NCBI GenBank assembly: GCA_021830925.1
Contig: JAKBNS010000185.1
Location: forward strand, 2,975-66,974
DNA from: Pseudomonadota bacterium
Lineage (GTDB): Bacteria; Pseudomonadota; Gammaproteobacteria; Burkholderiales; Burkholderiaceae_C
Direction: 5' to 3'
Length of the DNA stretch: 64,000 bases
Shown here: in pieces, positions 1-9,824 of the stretch
Position numbering within the stretch: position 1 is the stretch's first letter
Layout: every line of letters starts with the position of its first letter
Made by a program: the position numbers and the translations under genes
The notes under the pieces: generated by a model
Seen by the model: the letters and a program-made list of their open reading frames with translations, nothing else
The model's database searches: none
What the model was told of the DNA's origin: nothing

Positions 1-492
1 GGCGAGAGCTGCAACATCACGGCGCTGGCGGGCAGCGAGGTGGTGTACCTGGACCGGGTGGAGACCGCGGCGCCGCTGCGCTTCTATCTGCACCCGGGCT
101 CGCGCGTGCCGGTGCATTGCTCGGCCAGCGGCAAGCTGATGCTGGCGCAGATGCCGCCGGCCCAGCGCAAGCGCCTGCTCGGACACGTGCCGCTGGACGC
201 CTATACCGGCGCCACCATCACCGACCCGGCGCTGCTCGAGCGCGAGCTCGAGCAGGTACGCGAGCAGGGCTACGCGCTGGACCGGGAGGAATTCCTGCCC
301 GGCCTGCTGTGCGTGGCCGTGACCGTGCCGGCCGACGCCGGGCGCCTGAGCAATCTGTGCGTGGCGGTGCAGGCGCCGGTGATGCGCCTGAGCGCCGAGC
401 GCGCGCCGCAGGTGCTGCCGGCGCTGCGTCGCGCCGCCCAGGCACTGGCTCGCATCGAGGCCGACGCCATGCCCCGCGCGCAACGCGCCTGA
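1..492 (+). CDS. IclR-family transcriptional regulator, C-terminal effector domain (5'-truncated by window)
   Basis: Frame is open from base 1 (GESCNITALAGSEVVYLDRVE...); IclR-ED motifs VHCSASGK, GYALDREE, CVAV.. Confidence 0.85.
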   Translation, partial: GESCNITALAGSEVVYLDRVETAAPLRFYLHPGSRVPVHCSASGKLMLAQMPPAQRKRLLGHVPLDAYTGATITDPALLERELEQVREQGYALDREEFLPGLLCVAVTVPADAGRLSNLCVAVQAPVMRLSAERAPQVLPALRRAAQALARIEADAMPRAQRA

Positions 493-517
493 GACTTCCC
501 TCCTGCTCCGATCCGCC

Positions 518-1489
518 ATGACCGACCTGAACGACCTGCGGCCCGAGCGCATGCTCGGCGTGCGCGAAACCTTCGGCATCGATTCCGACCTCCAGGTGCC
601 GGCTTTCGCCGAGCGCGACGACCACGTGCCCGAGGTGGACGAGGCCTACCGCTTCAACCCCGACGTGACGCTGGCCCTGCTGGCCGGCTTCCGGCGCAAC
701 CGGCGCGTGCTGGTGCAGGGCCTGCACGGCACCGGCAAGTCCACCCACATCGAGCAGGTGGCCGCGCGCCTGAACTGGCCCTGCGTGCGGGTGAACCTGG
801 ACGCCCACATCAGCCGCCTCGACCTCGTCGGCAAGGACGCGGTGGTGCTGCGCGATGGTGCGCAGGTCACCGAATTCCAGGAAGGCATCGTGCCCTGGGC
901 GCTGCAGCGCCCGGTGGCGCTGATCTTCGACGAGTACGACGCCGGACGCCCGGACGTGATGTTCGTGATCCAGCGCATCCTCGAGCGCGACGGCAAGTTC
1001 ACCCTCACCGACCAGAACCGCGTGCTCAGCCCCCACCCGCACTTCCGGCTGTTCGCCACCGCCAACACCGTCGGGCTGGGCAACCTCAACGGCCTGTACC
1101 AGGGCGTGCAGCGCCTGAACCACGCGCAGATGGACCGCTGGGACATCGTCGCCTCCCTGAGCTACCTGCCCGCGGCGGAGGAAATCGCCATCGTGCTGGC
1201 GCGCGTGCCGGGCAAGGACACGCCGGCCGGGCGCGAACTGGTGGCGCGCATGGTGGCCGTGGCCGAGCTCACGCGCCGGGGCTTCGCCGCCGGCGACGTG
1301 TCCACGCTGATGTCGCCGCGCACGGTGATCACCTGGGCCGAGAACTGCGAGATCTTCCGCGATCCCGCCGTGGCCTTCCGGCTGTCCTTTCTCAACAAGT
1401 GCGACGACGCCGAGCGCGCGCTGGTGGCCGAGTACTACCAGCGCTGTTTCGACCAGGAGCTCGACACCGGCGCCGCCGCCGCGGCCTGA
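518..1489 (+). CDS. cobS: CobS-like MoxR-type AAA+ ATPase
   Basis: Walker A GLHGTGKS, Walker B LIFDEYD, CobS-type N-terminus (RETFGIDSDLQVPAF) and FRLFATANTVGLG; 323 aa. Confidence 0.85.
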   Translation: MTDLNDLRPERMLGVRETFGIDSDLQVPAFAERDDHVPEVDEAYRFNPDVTLALLAGFRRNRRVLVQGLHGTGKSTHIEQVAARLNWPCVRVNLDAHISRLDLVGKDAVVLRDGAQVTEFQEGIVPWALQRPVALIFDEYDAGRPDVMFVIQRILERDGKFTLTDQNRVLSPHPHFRLFATANTVGLGNLNGLYQGVQRLNHAQMDRWDIVASLSYLPAAEEIAIVLARVPGKDTPAGRELVARMVAVAELTRRGFAAGDVSTLMSPRTVITWAENCEIFRDPAVAFRLSFLNKCDDAERALVAEYYQRCFDQELDTGAAAAA

Positions 1490-1499
1490 GGGCGCTGCC

Positions 1500-3218
1500 A
1501 TGGACGAGGAACGTGCGCTGGCGCGCCGGCAGCGCCACCTGGAGGAACTGTGCGGCGCGACCATCCGCGCCGTCTCGGGGCAGCCGCAGCTGCAGTGGCG
1601 CGGCGGACGACTGTGGCGCGGCGCGCAACGCCTGCCGCGCTTCGCCGCCCATCTCTACCCGGCATTCGGGCAGGCCGACCTGGGCTCCCTGCGCGGCGCG
1701 GCCGACGGCCTGGCCCTGCGCGTGTCGCGTTCGGACTCGGCGCTGCATCGATCCGTGCAACCCGCCGACGCAGTGGAGCGTCTGGTGTTCGACATGCTGG
1801 AGCAGTTCCGGGTCGAATCCCTGGCCCCGGTGGTGCAGCCCGGGCTGCGCCGCAACCTGGAACATCGCTTTCGCGCCTGGTCCGACGAGTTCGTGGCCTC
1901 CGGCCTGACCGAGGGCGCGTTGGGCATCCTGGTGTTCACGGTGGCGCAGGTGGCGCGCACCCGCATCACCGGCGAGGAGTTGCCCGAGCCCGTTGCCGAT
2001 CTCATCGAAGGCACGCGCTTCGGCCTGGCCGACGTGCTGGGCCCGGCCATGCGCGAACTCGCGCGCCTGCGCGACGACCAGCAGGCCTATGCGCGCGTGG
2101 CTCTCGACCTGGCCGCGCAGGTGGGGGTGCGCTCCCGCGAACTACGCGAGCAGGGCGATGCGCCGGAGGCGCCCGATGCGGCCGAGGCGAAGGACGGCCG
2201 CAACGCCTTCGAATGGCTGATCGAGCCCGACGGCGGCGAGGGCGACGCCTTGCCCGCGGCGGCCTCGAGCCGTGGCTGCGCCTCGCTCGAGGCCGTGGGC
2301 TACCGCGTGTTCACGCGCGCCTGGGACCGCGAGGTGCAGGCCGCCGCGCTGGTGCGCCCGCAACTGCTGAGCGAATTGCGCCAGCGCCTGGACGCGCTGG
2401 CTGCCGCCAGCGGCTTGCATGTCGGGCGCCTGGCGGGCCAGTTGCGCGTGCTGCTGGCGCGCGCCCAGCCGGACGGATGGGAGGGTGGACACGAGCAGGG
2501 GCGCATCGACGGTCGTCGCCTGGCACGCCTGGTGGCTTCGCCGGCCGAGCGCAGGCTGTTCGTCGAGCAACCTCATCAGCCGCTCGCGGACTGCATGCTG
2601 AGTTTCCTGATCGACTGCTCGGGCTCGATGCGCCAGCATGCGGAGGCGGTGGCGCTGCTGGTGGATTCGTTCTCGCGGGCGCTGGACCTGGCGGCCGTGG
2701 AGCACGAGATCCTCGGTTTCACCACGGGCGCGTGGAACGGGGGCAGGGCGCGGCGCGACTGGCTGCGCGCCGGCCAGCCGCGCCACCCCGGGCGGCTCAA
2801 CGAGGTGACGCACCTGGTGTTCAAGGCGCGCGAATCCTCGTGGCGGCGCTCGCGTGCCGGCATCGCCGCGCTGCTCAAGCCCGATCTGTACCGCGAGGGC
2901 GTGGACGGCGAGGCCGTGCAGTGGGCCGTCGCGCGCATGCAGGGCCTGGGCCACCGCCGGCGCCTGCTGCTGGTGATCTCCGACGGCTGTCCGATGGACA
3001 CCGCCAGCGAGAACGTCAATCCGCCCGGCTACCTCGAGCGACACCTGGTGGATGTGGTGGAGCGCGCCCGCGCGCGCGGCGAGGCCGAGGTGATGGGCGT
3101 GGGCGTGGGGCTGGATCTGGGGGCGCTGTACCCGGTCAGCACCGCGATGGACCTGTCCCAGCTGCGCGGCAACGGGGCGCTGCGCGAACTGCTGGCCCTG
3201 CTGGCGCGCACGCATTAG
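1500..3218 (+). CDS. cobT: CobT-like protein with C-terminal VWA domain
   Basis: MIDAS motif DCSGSM, ILGFTT, EGVDGEA, VISDG; 10 bp after cobS-like gene. Confidence 0.8.
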   Translation: MDEERALARRQRHLEELCGATIRAVSGQPQLQWRGGRLWRGAQRLPRFAAHLYPAFGQADLGSLRGAADGLALRVSRSDSALHRSVQPADAVERLVFDMLEQFRVESLAPVVQPGLRRNLEHRFRAWSDEFVASGLTEGALGILVFTVAQVARTRITGEELPEPVADLIEGTRFGLADVLGPAMRELARLRDDQQAYARVALDLAAQVGVRSRELREQGDAPEAPDAAEAKDGRNAFEWLIEPDGGEGDALPAAASSRGCASLEAVGYRVFTRAWDREVQAAALVRPQLLSELRQRLDALAAASGLHVGRLAGQLRVLLARAQPDGWEGGHEQGRIDGRRLARLVASPAERRLFVEQPHQPLADCMLSFLIDCSGSMRQHAEAVALLVDSFSRALDLAAVEHEILGFTTGAWNGGRARRDWLRAGQPRHPGRLNEVTHLVFKARESSWRRSRAGIAALLKPDLYREGVDGEAVQWAVARMQGLGHRRRLLLVISDGCPMDTASENVNPPGYLERHLVDVVERARARGEAEVMGVGVGLDLGALYPVSTAMDLSQLRGNGALRELLALLARTH

Positions 3219-3245
3219 CCGGCCTGCGCCGCGCTGCGCCCGCGC

Positions 3246-5339
3246 TCAGCCGGCCGCTGCGACCTTTCGACCCAGTTCGGCCAGGCACTGGATGAGGTCG
3301 CGGCGCGTCAGTCGGTACATGCGTCCCGACGAGCCCCGCAGCGCGACCGCGTGGTTCTTGTCGAGCAGTTGCTGCAGGCTGGTGTTGCCGGGATCGTGGC
3401 CTTCGATGTAGCGCTGTACCCGACAAGGGGCGCGCACGAAGTCCTCGGCCAGTTCGGGCCATGGATCCAGCGCCTTGAGCTCGCGATCCCACAGCAGGTA
3501 CCCCGCGAGCGCGCCCCACGGCGTACGCGGATGGAGCGGATCCACCGCATGGCGCGGGCGGGCGGCCCAGCGTGCCACCTCGGACATCGGCATGGGCCGC
3601 GCGATGCCGAATCCCTGTCCGCAATCGGCGCCCATGACGGCGGCGGCCTCGATCAGGCCGAGGTTCTCCAGGCCTTCCACGGTGACCGACGCTCCCAGTT
3701 CATGCGCCAGTTGCGTGAGGTAATAGATGAAGCCGAAGGCTCGATGCGGATGCTTGTGCGCGGCTCGCCGTACCAGCGCCTGGTCGATCTTGACCTCGTC
3801 GAAGGGCATGGTGTCCAGACGCAGCAGGGAACTGTGTCCGGAGCCCAGGTCGTCCTGGACCAGACGGATGCCCAGCGCCTTCAACTCGCGCAGGAAGTGG
3901 TCGCGGTTGTCCGTGGGCTTGAACTCCTGCGACTCCAGGATTTCGAGTTCCAGGAATCGGCCATCGGTGCGGGCGTCGCGCAGGCTGCGCAGCAGAACCT
4001 CGCGGAAGGCCGGGTCGCCGATGCCCTGCGGCGGAAGGTTCAGGGACGCCGACACGCGCAGGCCTTGCGCGTGCCACGCCGCCAGGTCGCGGCAGACCTG
4101 CTCGATGCCGAACTCGAACAGGCGCAGCAGGTCGTGGTTGCCCAGCGTGGGCAGGAACTCTCCGGGGCTGACAAGCGTGCCGTCGCGCTGGACCAGGCGG
4201 CCGAGGGCCTCCACCTTGCGCAACGCGCCCGAGCGCAGGTCGACGATGGGCTGATACACCATGACCATGCCGCGCGTGGCGACCAGATCCCTGTAGTGCT
4301 GGCGCAAGGCATGCGCGACCACCTTGCCCTGCACATGCCGCAGCGCCGCCAGCGCCAGGGTCTGCTGCACATGCTGCAGGAACAGCTGCCGTCCCCGGGC
4401 GCGAAAGAATCCGGGCCAGCGGCTGTAGACGCTGAGCATCGCGAAAGTCTGGCCCGTCTCGTCGGGCAGCGGGATCGCCACGCTGGAGCGCAGGCCCAGG
4501 CGTGTGCCCAGCGCATGCCAGGGCTCCGTGGCGGGGTCGAACCGGTAGGCATCGCTGGAGGTGACCTGAGCCGTGCGCCACGCGTACGCGGCTACTGGCT
4601 CGGCCTGGCCGTCGCCCCACGCCTCGGGTCCGACGCGGATGCCCGGTGCCTCGCCGGCTGCGATGGCGTCGACCTGCGCCTGCGCCAGCGCACCGTCCAG
4701 CGCCTCGATTTCCAGCGCTCCGTGGGCGCCCAGCCGGGACACGTTCGCCGCCAGCACGCCGTCGATGGCGCACAGGCTCTGGAGCACGCCCTGGTAGAGG
4801 TCGATGGTGCTGCGCGCCGTCATCGCGACTTGCTGGATGCCCGCGAGCGCGCGCGACAACTCCTCGTCGACCTGCTGGTAACCCGCGCTTTGCGCCTGCA
4901 GGTCGAGCAGCAGGCGGCGGTCGAGCACATGCTGCAGATGCAGGCGCACGCCGCGCGGCAGATCGTGCAGGCAATCGTGCAGCGCCTGCTGGTACAGGTT
5001 GTAGGCGTCGATCAGCCACATCATGTCCACGCCCACCAGCGCATGCACGCGCCCGACGCGACACGCCTTGTCTCGGTGCGCGTCGGCGTCGAGCCGCGGA
5101 TCCAGCAACATCAGCAGGTGCCCGGTCTGCGCCGACTGCAGGCGCTGGAATTCCTGCGCTCCCAGCAGGTCGAGGAGGGTGCGCGTCTCGCCGGCCTGCA
5201 TCAGCGAGCCGTAGAACCGTTGGGCGAAGCTCTGCGTCACCCCGGTGGCGCTGTGGCGAAGCTCATGCAGCAGCGGGGCCACGGCCGGGCCGTAGATCTC
5301 CTCGTGGGACAAGGGCGCAAGGACCATCGCTCGGTTCAT
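3246..5339 (-). CDS. Globin-coupled sensor: protoglobin-GAF-EAL c-di-GMP phosphodiesterase
   Basis: N-terminal globin (QRFY..L...GRVHALVGV), central GAF (AWRT..., LRSSVAIPL...LSVYS), EAL domain (VEALGR, ELEILE, QDDLGSGHSS, EVKID, VEGLE, QGFGIARP); no GGDEF. Confidence 0.8.
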   Translation of the reverse strand: MNRAMVLAPLSHEEIYGPAVAPLLHELRHSATGVTQSFAQRFYGSLMQAGETRTLLDLLGAQEFQRLQSAQTGHLLMLLDPRLDADAHRDKACRVGRVHALVGVDMMWLIDAYNLYQQALHDCLHDLPRGVRLHLQHVLDRRLLLDLQAQSAGYQQVDEELSRALAGIQQVAMTARSTIDLYQGVLQSLCAIDGVLAANVSRLGAHGALEIEALDGALAQAQVDAIAAGEAPGIRVGPEAWGDGQAEPVAAYAWRTAQVTSSDAYRFDPATEPWHALGTRLGLRSSVAIPLPDETGQTFAMLSVYSRWPGFFRARGRQLFLQHVQQTLALAALRHVQGKVVAHALRQHYRDLVATRGMVMVYQPIVDLRSGALRKVEALGRLVQRDGTLVSPGEFLPTLGNHDLLRLFEFGIEQVCRDLAAWHAQGLRVSASLNLPPQGIGDPAFREVLLRSLRDARTDGRFLELEILESQEFKPTDNRDHFLRELKALGIRLVQDDLGSGHSSLLRLDTMPFDEVKIDQALVRRAAHKHPHRAFGFIYYLTQLAHELGASVTVEGLENLGLIEAAAVMGADCGQGFGIARPMPMSEVARWAARPRHAVDPLHPRTPWGALAGYLLWDRELKALDPWPELAEDFVRAPCRVQRYIEGHDPGNTSLQQLLDKNHAVALRGSSGRMYRLTRRDLIQCLAELGRKVAAAG

Positions 5340-5367
5340 GGGACAGGGCCAGGGCGCGTGCGCCCGC

Positions 5368-6294
5368 TCAGACCATGACTTCCTCCAGATGCCGGGCCAT
5401 GCCGAGCAGGTCGTCCGACAGCCGGCCCACGCTCTGGAACTGGCCCGATACGGTCTGCAGCGTGTTCACGGCCTGCTGCGTGGTGTGTCGGCCCTGGGCG
5501 GTATGGCCGGTGATGCCCTCGACCTGCGAGCCGATGGCGTCGACATGCTGCTGGACCTTCGAGGTCGCGTCCTGCACCAGCAGCGCCAGGTTTCGCACCT
5601 CGTCGGCCACGACGGCGAAGCCGCGACCGTGATCCCCGGCGCGTGCCGCCTCGATGGCCGCGTTCAGCGCCAACAGGTTGGTCTGCGCGGCGATTTCCTG
5701 AATGGTCCGCACGATGCCGCCTATGCTCCTGGCGGCGGCGCCGAGGGATTCGACGCTCCGCGTGCTCGCGCGCGCCAGCTCCTGCAGCGCGCGCAACACC
5801 TCGACCGCCGTTTCCAGCCCGCGCAGGCTCGTGTGCATTTCGGTCTGCAATCCCTCGGAGGCGCCGAGCAGTGCCCGGGACAGGTTCTCCACCGCGGTGC
5901 GCGCGGTGATGTCGAGCCAGCTCGCATGAAAAGCCACCAGGCGGCCCTCGGCCGTGCGCACCGGATAGACGCTGATGCGGTAGCGGGACTTGCCCAGGTT
6001 CAGGGCAACGACATAGCTGCCGCGCTTGCCCTCGACCAGCTCGCGGAAGATACCCTTCTGGACCTCGGGGTTGCGGTGGAACCGATGAATGCTGCGGCCT
6101 GCCGAGTCCGCCACGTCGGCGCCTTGCAGATGCGCGTTGAGCTCGTCGCGCCGTTGCGCGAACAACTCGCGGGCCGCGGCGTTCATGAACAGCAGCTTGT
6201 TCTCGTAATGCTCGTCGGCCTCGGCGAGCATTTCCAGGGTCGTCAGGGGGCCGAGCAGGTTCTCGGCCATGAACAGCAGTTGCTCCGGGCTCAT
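5368..6294 (-). CDS. Soluble chemoreceptor: Aer2-like PAS domain plus short MCP signalling domain
   Basis: PAS with [15 protein letters not shown] and C-terminal SWLDIT; MCP hairpin [34 protein letters not shown]; no hydrophobic TM segment; GGAG RBS. Confidence 0.8.
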   Translation of the reverse strand: MSPEQLLFMAENLLGPLTTLEMLAEADEHYENKLLFMNAAARELFAQRRDELNAHLQGADVADSAGRSIHRFHRNPEVQKGIFRELVEGKRGSYVVALNLGKSRYRISVYPVRTAEGRLVAFHASWLDITARTAVENLSRALLGASEGLQTEMHTSLRGLETAVEVLRALQELARASTRSVESLGAAARSIGGIVRTIQEIAAQTNLLALNAAIEAARAGDHGRGFAVVADEVRNLALLVQDATSKVQQHVDAIGSQVEGITGHTAQGRHTTQQAVNTLQTVSGQFQSVGRLSDDLLGMARHLEEVMV

Positions 6295-6522
6295 CGCGCC
6301 GTGTCTCCGTTCGCAGCGTGTGATTCAGGAGAATAAGGAGTGGAACCATTCGCATATGGCCGAATACAGACAAGTCATGGGCGAAAAGTGCCAATGAATC
6401 AGCGGCCAGATGGCGAATCGATAGCAGCATATATATACGTAACATAATGTGTTTTCGCGGTACTCCGCTACGTATACTCGCGTTCCAGACGGAACAGCCC
6501 CCATTCGCCGAGGAGCGCGCAC

Positions 6523-7500
6523 GTGTGTCCGGTCATGCTCAAGCGCTGGTCCACCAGCGATGTCCCGCCGTGGATGGCCCGCGACTACTGGCTTGCCCTG
6601 CTGCGCGATCGGATCTTTCACGCCGATCTGGATGTGCCGCGCGAGGCCTGCGTCGAGGCCACGTTGGTGCAGGCCTCCTGCGGGCCGCTGCGAATGTCCT
6701 GGGTCGACTCGAGGGTTCCGCGCATCGTGATGCCGGCCGCTTCCGTCGAGCGTGCCGGCACCGACTCCGATGTCTTGCTGATGGTGATGGATGCGCCGTC
6801 CGACTGGACTCTGCGTGGTGGGCGCGAGGGCTTCGCGCTGGGGCCCGGCGACGTTGTCTGCGCGGACTTTCGCGCGGGCTTCGAGATGCGGCGCCCCGGT
6901 CGCGCCCGGACCTTGTCGGTCTCGCTGTCCGGATCGTGGCTGCGGACCTGGTTGCAGGAGGCCGATTTCGCGAAGCCGCAGGTGATCCGGGGAGATTCCG
7001 GCTGGGGCGCGGTCCTGTCGCTCGCGCTGCGCCAGTTCCAGCCGCAGGAAGTGAATGCGCTGGGTTCCCGGCGCGACGCGCTGGCCACCCAGCTCGGCAG
7101 CTTGCTCGCGCTCGCGCTGGGCGAGCGCGCGGCGGGTGGCGGACGGCACGCCGATCCGGACAACCTGGCCCGGATCGCGCAGGCCTGCGTGCAGCGCCAC
7201 TTCGCCGAGTTCGGGCTGACCGCGGCGGAGGTCGCCGCCGAACTCGGGGTTTCCGAGCGCACCCTGCACCGGGCGCTGGCCCGCGGCGGCGGCTCCTTCG
7301 GCGAGCGCCTGCAGGCGCAGCGCATGGCGGCGGCCAGGCGGTTGTTGGGCGACCGGCATTTCGCCGCCTTGACGGTGGCCGAGATCGGCCGGCGCGTCGG
7401 CTACGCCGATGCCTCGCATTTCGTGCGGCGCTTCAAGTCCGAGCATGGGCAGACGCCGGGCGCCATGCGTCGGCGTTCCTCGCTGGGCGACGCGGGCTGA
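6523..7500 (+). CDS. AraC-family transcriptional regulator (FeaR/NphR-like ligand-binding domain)
   Basis: C-terminal AraC HTH LTAAEVAAELGVSERTLHRAL...EIGRRVGYADASHFVRRFK. Confidence 0.85.
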   Translation: MCPVMLKRWSTSDVPPWMARDYWLALLRDRIFHADLDVPREACVEATLVQASCGPLRMSWVDSRVPRIVMPAASVERAGTDSDVLLMVMDAPSDWTLRGGREGFALGPGDVVCADFRAGFEMRRPGRARTLSVSLSGSWLRTWLQEADFAKPQVIRGDSGWGAVLSLALRQFQPQEVNALGSRRDALATQLGSLLALALGERAAGGGRHADPDNLARIAQACVQRHFAEFGLTAAEVAAELGVSERTLHRALARGGGSFGERLQAQRMAAARRLLGDRHFAALTVAEIGRRVGYADASHFVRRFKSEHGQTPGAMRRRSSLGDAG

Positions 7501-7578
7501 TCGACACCGCGATGCGCCGCGTGCCTGCGCGAGCGGCCAGACGCGGTCGAGCGCCGGGACGGCGAAGCGGCCCAGGCC

Positions 7579-8706
7579 TCAGCGCGTCTGGCCGGCCAGG
7601 TCCGGCGCGGGGGCCTCGCCGTGCTCGTTGCTCGGCCAGCGCAGGCGGCGCCTGGGTAGATGCTGCGGCCATTCGCGCTGCAGGTACGACACCATGGCCT
7701 CGCGCACGCGGCAGCGCAGTTCCCAGGCGCGCGCCGAGTTGGCCGCGCTCATCAGCAGGCGCACCTGCAGCGCCTGGTCGTTCGATTCGGTGACGTGGAC
7801 CAGCGCATGACGCCCGTCCCAGTCCGGGTCGGAGGCGCACACCCGCTTGAGCTCGTCGCGCAGCGCCTGCACCGGCATGCCGTAGTCGACCCACAGGAAT
7901 ACCGTGACGAGCAGGCTCGCGCTGGTGCGCGTCCAGTTCTCGAACGGGTGCTCGATGAACCACTGCAGGGGCAGGATCAGCCGGCGGTCGTCCCAGATGC
8001 GAAATACCACGTAGGTGCCGGTGATCTCCTCCACGCGACCCCACTCGCCTTGCACGATCAGCACGTCGTTGATGCGGATCGGCTCGGTCAGCGCGATCTG
8101 CAGCCCGGCCAGCAGATTGCTCAGCACCGGCCGCGCGGCGAAGCCCACGACCACGCCGGCGATTCCCGCGGAGGCCAGCAGGCTGGTGCCGATCTGTCGC
8201 ACGCCGGGAATGCTCATCAGCGCCAGGCCCAGGCCGATGAGCACCACGAGCAGGTTGATCACCCGCGTGAGCACCCTGGCGCGGGTCAGCGCGCCGCGCG
8301 CCTGCAGGTTGGTGTCGAGCAAGCGCGGGTCGTCGGGCAGATCGAGGCCGCCGCGGCGCAAGGTCACGGCTTCGCCGCCGGCCTGCACGACGCGGGTTCC
8401 CAGCCACGTGAGACTGGCGATCAGGGCCAGTTGCAGGATCAGCAGCAGCCAATCGGGCACGCCGTGGCGCGCATGCAGGAGCACCATGTCCAGGCGCAGC
8501 ACAAGCAGGATCCAGACCGCGACCAAGGCGCGCCGCGAGCGCATCCACAGCAGCGGTCCGACGCTGCCCGAGCGCAGCGCGCGCAGCACCAGGCGGGCGA
8601 TCAGTGCGAAGGCCGGAAGCGCCAGCAGGGTCAGCGCGATGGCGGCCGATTCGGGAGCGTGCGCGCCGATCCAGGCGGCGGCGCGGTTCACGATGTCTTC
8701 GTGCAT
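7579..8706 (-). CDS. MscS-family small-conductance mechanosensitive channel
   Basis: TM helices then GTSLLASAGIAGVVVGFAARPVLSNLLAGLQI, IRINDV...GRVEEITGTYVV. Confidence 0.85.
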   Translation of the reverse strand: MHEDIVNRAAAWIGAHAPESAAIALTLLALPAFALIARLVLRALRSGSVGPLLWMRSRRALVAVWILLVLRLDMVLLHARHGVPDWLLLILQLALIASLTWLGTRVVQAGGEAVTLRRGGLDLPDDPRLLDTNLQARGALTRARVLTRVINLLVVLIGLGLALMSIPGVRQIGTSLLASAGIAGVVVGFAARPVLSNLLAGLQIALTEPIRINDVLIVQGEWGRVEEITGTYVVFRIWDDRRLILPLQWFIEHPFENWTRTSASLLVTVFLWVDYGMPVQALRDELKRVCASDPDWDGRHALVHVTESNDQALQVRLLMSAANSARAWELRCRVREAMVSYLQREWPQHLPRRRLRWPSNEHGEAPAPDLAGQTR

Positions 8707-8993
8707 GCGTCGAGTCGAGGAGCCCCGCGGGGCAGGGCGAGCGGCCGCGTAGGAGCCGCGCGAACCATGTCAGGCCCGGTCGCCGCGAACGGCGCGCGCC
8801 TGCAAGCGCGGGCCCGGGCGAACGCGCATTTGCTTCTCGCGGCAAGCGGGCCGATAAGCATTCTAGTGGCTCCGTGCCGCCTCGAACGCGCGCGTTTGCG
8901 CTTGGTTGCCACTCGCGTAGGCGCAGCTTAGACTGCGCCGTTGCATTCATTTTCCAGCGTCGCAAGAAATCCAAGACAGGGGAGTCCGAGAAC

Positions 8994-9824
8994 ATGCGCA
9001 AGCGCGATTTTTGCAAGGCGGTGGCCGCCTTCGCGGGCACGGCCGTCACCCACCTCAGTTTCGCCCAGGGCACCGACGGCGTGCTCAAGCGGGTTCTTGC
9101 CAGCGGCGAATTGCGCGTGGGGGCCGTCGCGGCGGCGGTCCCGTATTTCGTGAAGAATCGCGAAACAGGGCAATGGGAAGGTTTCTGTCCCGATTTCGCG
9201 CAGAGCTTCGCCAAGAGCCTGGGCGTGAAGGTCAAGTTCGTCGAGACCACCTGGGGCAATGCGGTGCTCGACCTGCAATCGGGCAAGATCGACGTGATGT
9301 TCGGCGCCGGTCCCACGCCGGCGCGCCGCAAGGTGCTCGATTTCTCCATCCCGCTGTTCCACAACACCTTCACCGCCGTGTGCCGCAAGGGCGTGATGGT
9401 CAAGGACTGGGAGCAGTTGAACAAGCCGTCGATGCGCGTGGCCGTCGACCTGGGATCCAACCAGGACGCCTTCGCCACCGCGCGCCTGCCCAAGGCGACC
9501 ATCCTGCGCTTCACCCAGTCCAGCGAGGCCACGCTTGCCGTGCAATCCGGGCGTGCCGACTGCCAGGCGCTGGTGGTGCTGCTGGCCGAACCGCTGGTCA
9601 AGTTGCAGCCGCAGGTGGGCTCGATGTACGTGCCCTCGCCGGTCAGCACCTCCGACGTCACGGTGGCCGTGGACAAGGGCGTGGGCGATGCGCTGCTCAA
9701 GCGCCTGGATGCCTGGATCACCCAGGCGCGGGCCAAGGGCGAGATCCAGGCCGACATTCTCAAGAACATGCAAAAGCTCGTGGGCATCCCGCCCAGCAGC
9801 TTCCCGCCCGAGGTGAAGTTCTGA
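8994..9824 (+). CDS. Polar amino acid ABC transporter substrate-binding protein (SBP_bac_3)
   Basis: ATG 8994 after GGGGAG; signal peptide; GELRVG, WGNAVLDLQSGKIDV, DFSIP motifs. ORF-track start 8604 is over-extended. Confidence 0.85.
   Translation: MRKRDFCKAVAAFAGTAVTHLSFAQGTDGVLKRVLASGELRVGAVAAAVPYFVKNRETGQWEGFCPDFAQSFAKSLGVKVKFVETTWGNAVLDLQSGKIDVMFGAGPTPARRKVLDFSIPLFHNTFTAVCRKGVMVKDWEQLNKPSMRVAVDLGSNQDAFATARLPKATILRFTQSSEATLAVQSGRADCQALVVLLAEPLVKLQPQVGSMYVPSPVSTSDVTVAVDKGVGDALLKRLDAWITQARAKGEIQADILKNMQKLVGIPPSSFPPEVKF

Noticed and set aside
8920-8939. Inverted repeat GGCGCAG-N6-CTGCGCC upstream of the ABC operon, considered as an NtrC site
   Set aside because: Spacing and core do not fit GCAC-N7-GTGC and no sigma54 box was found
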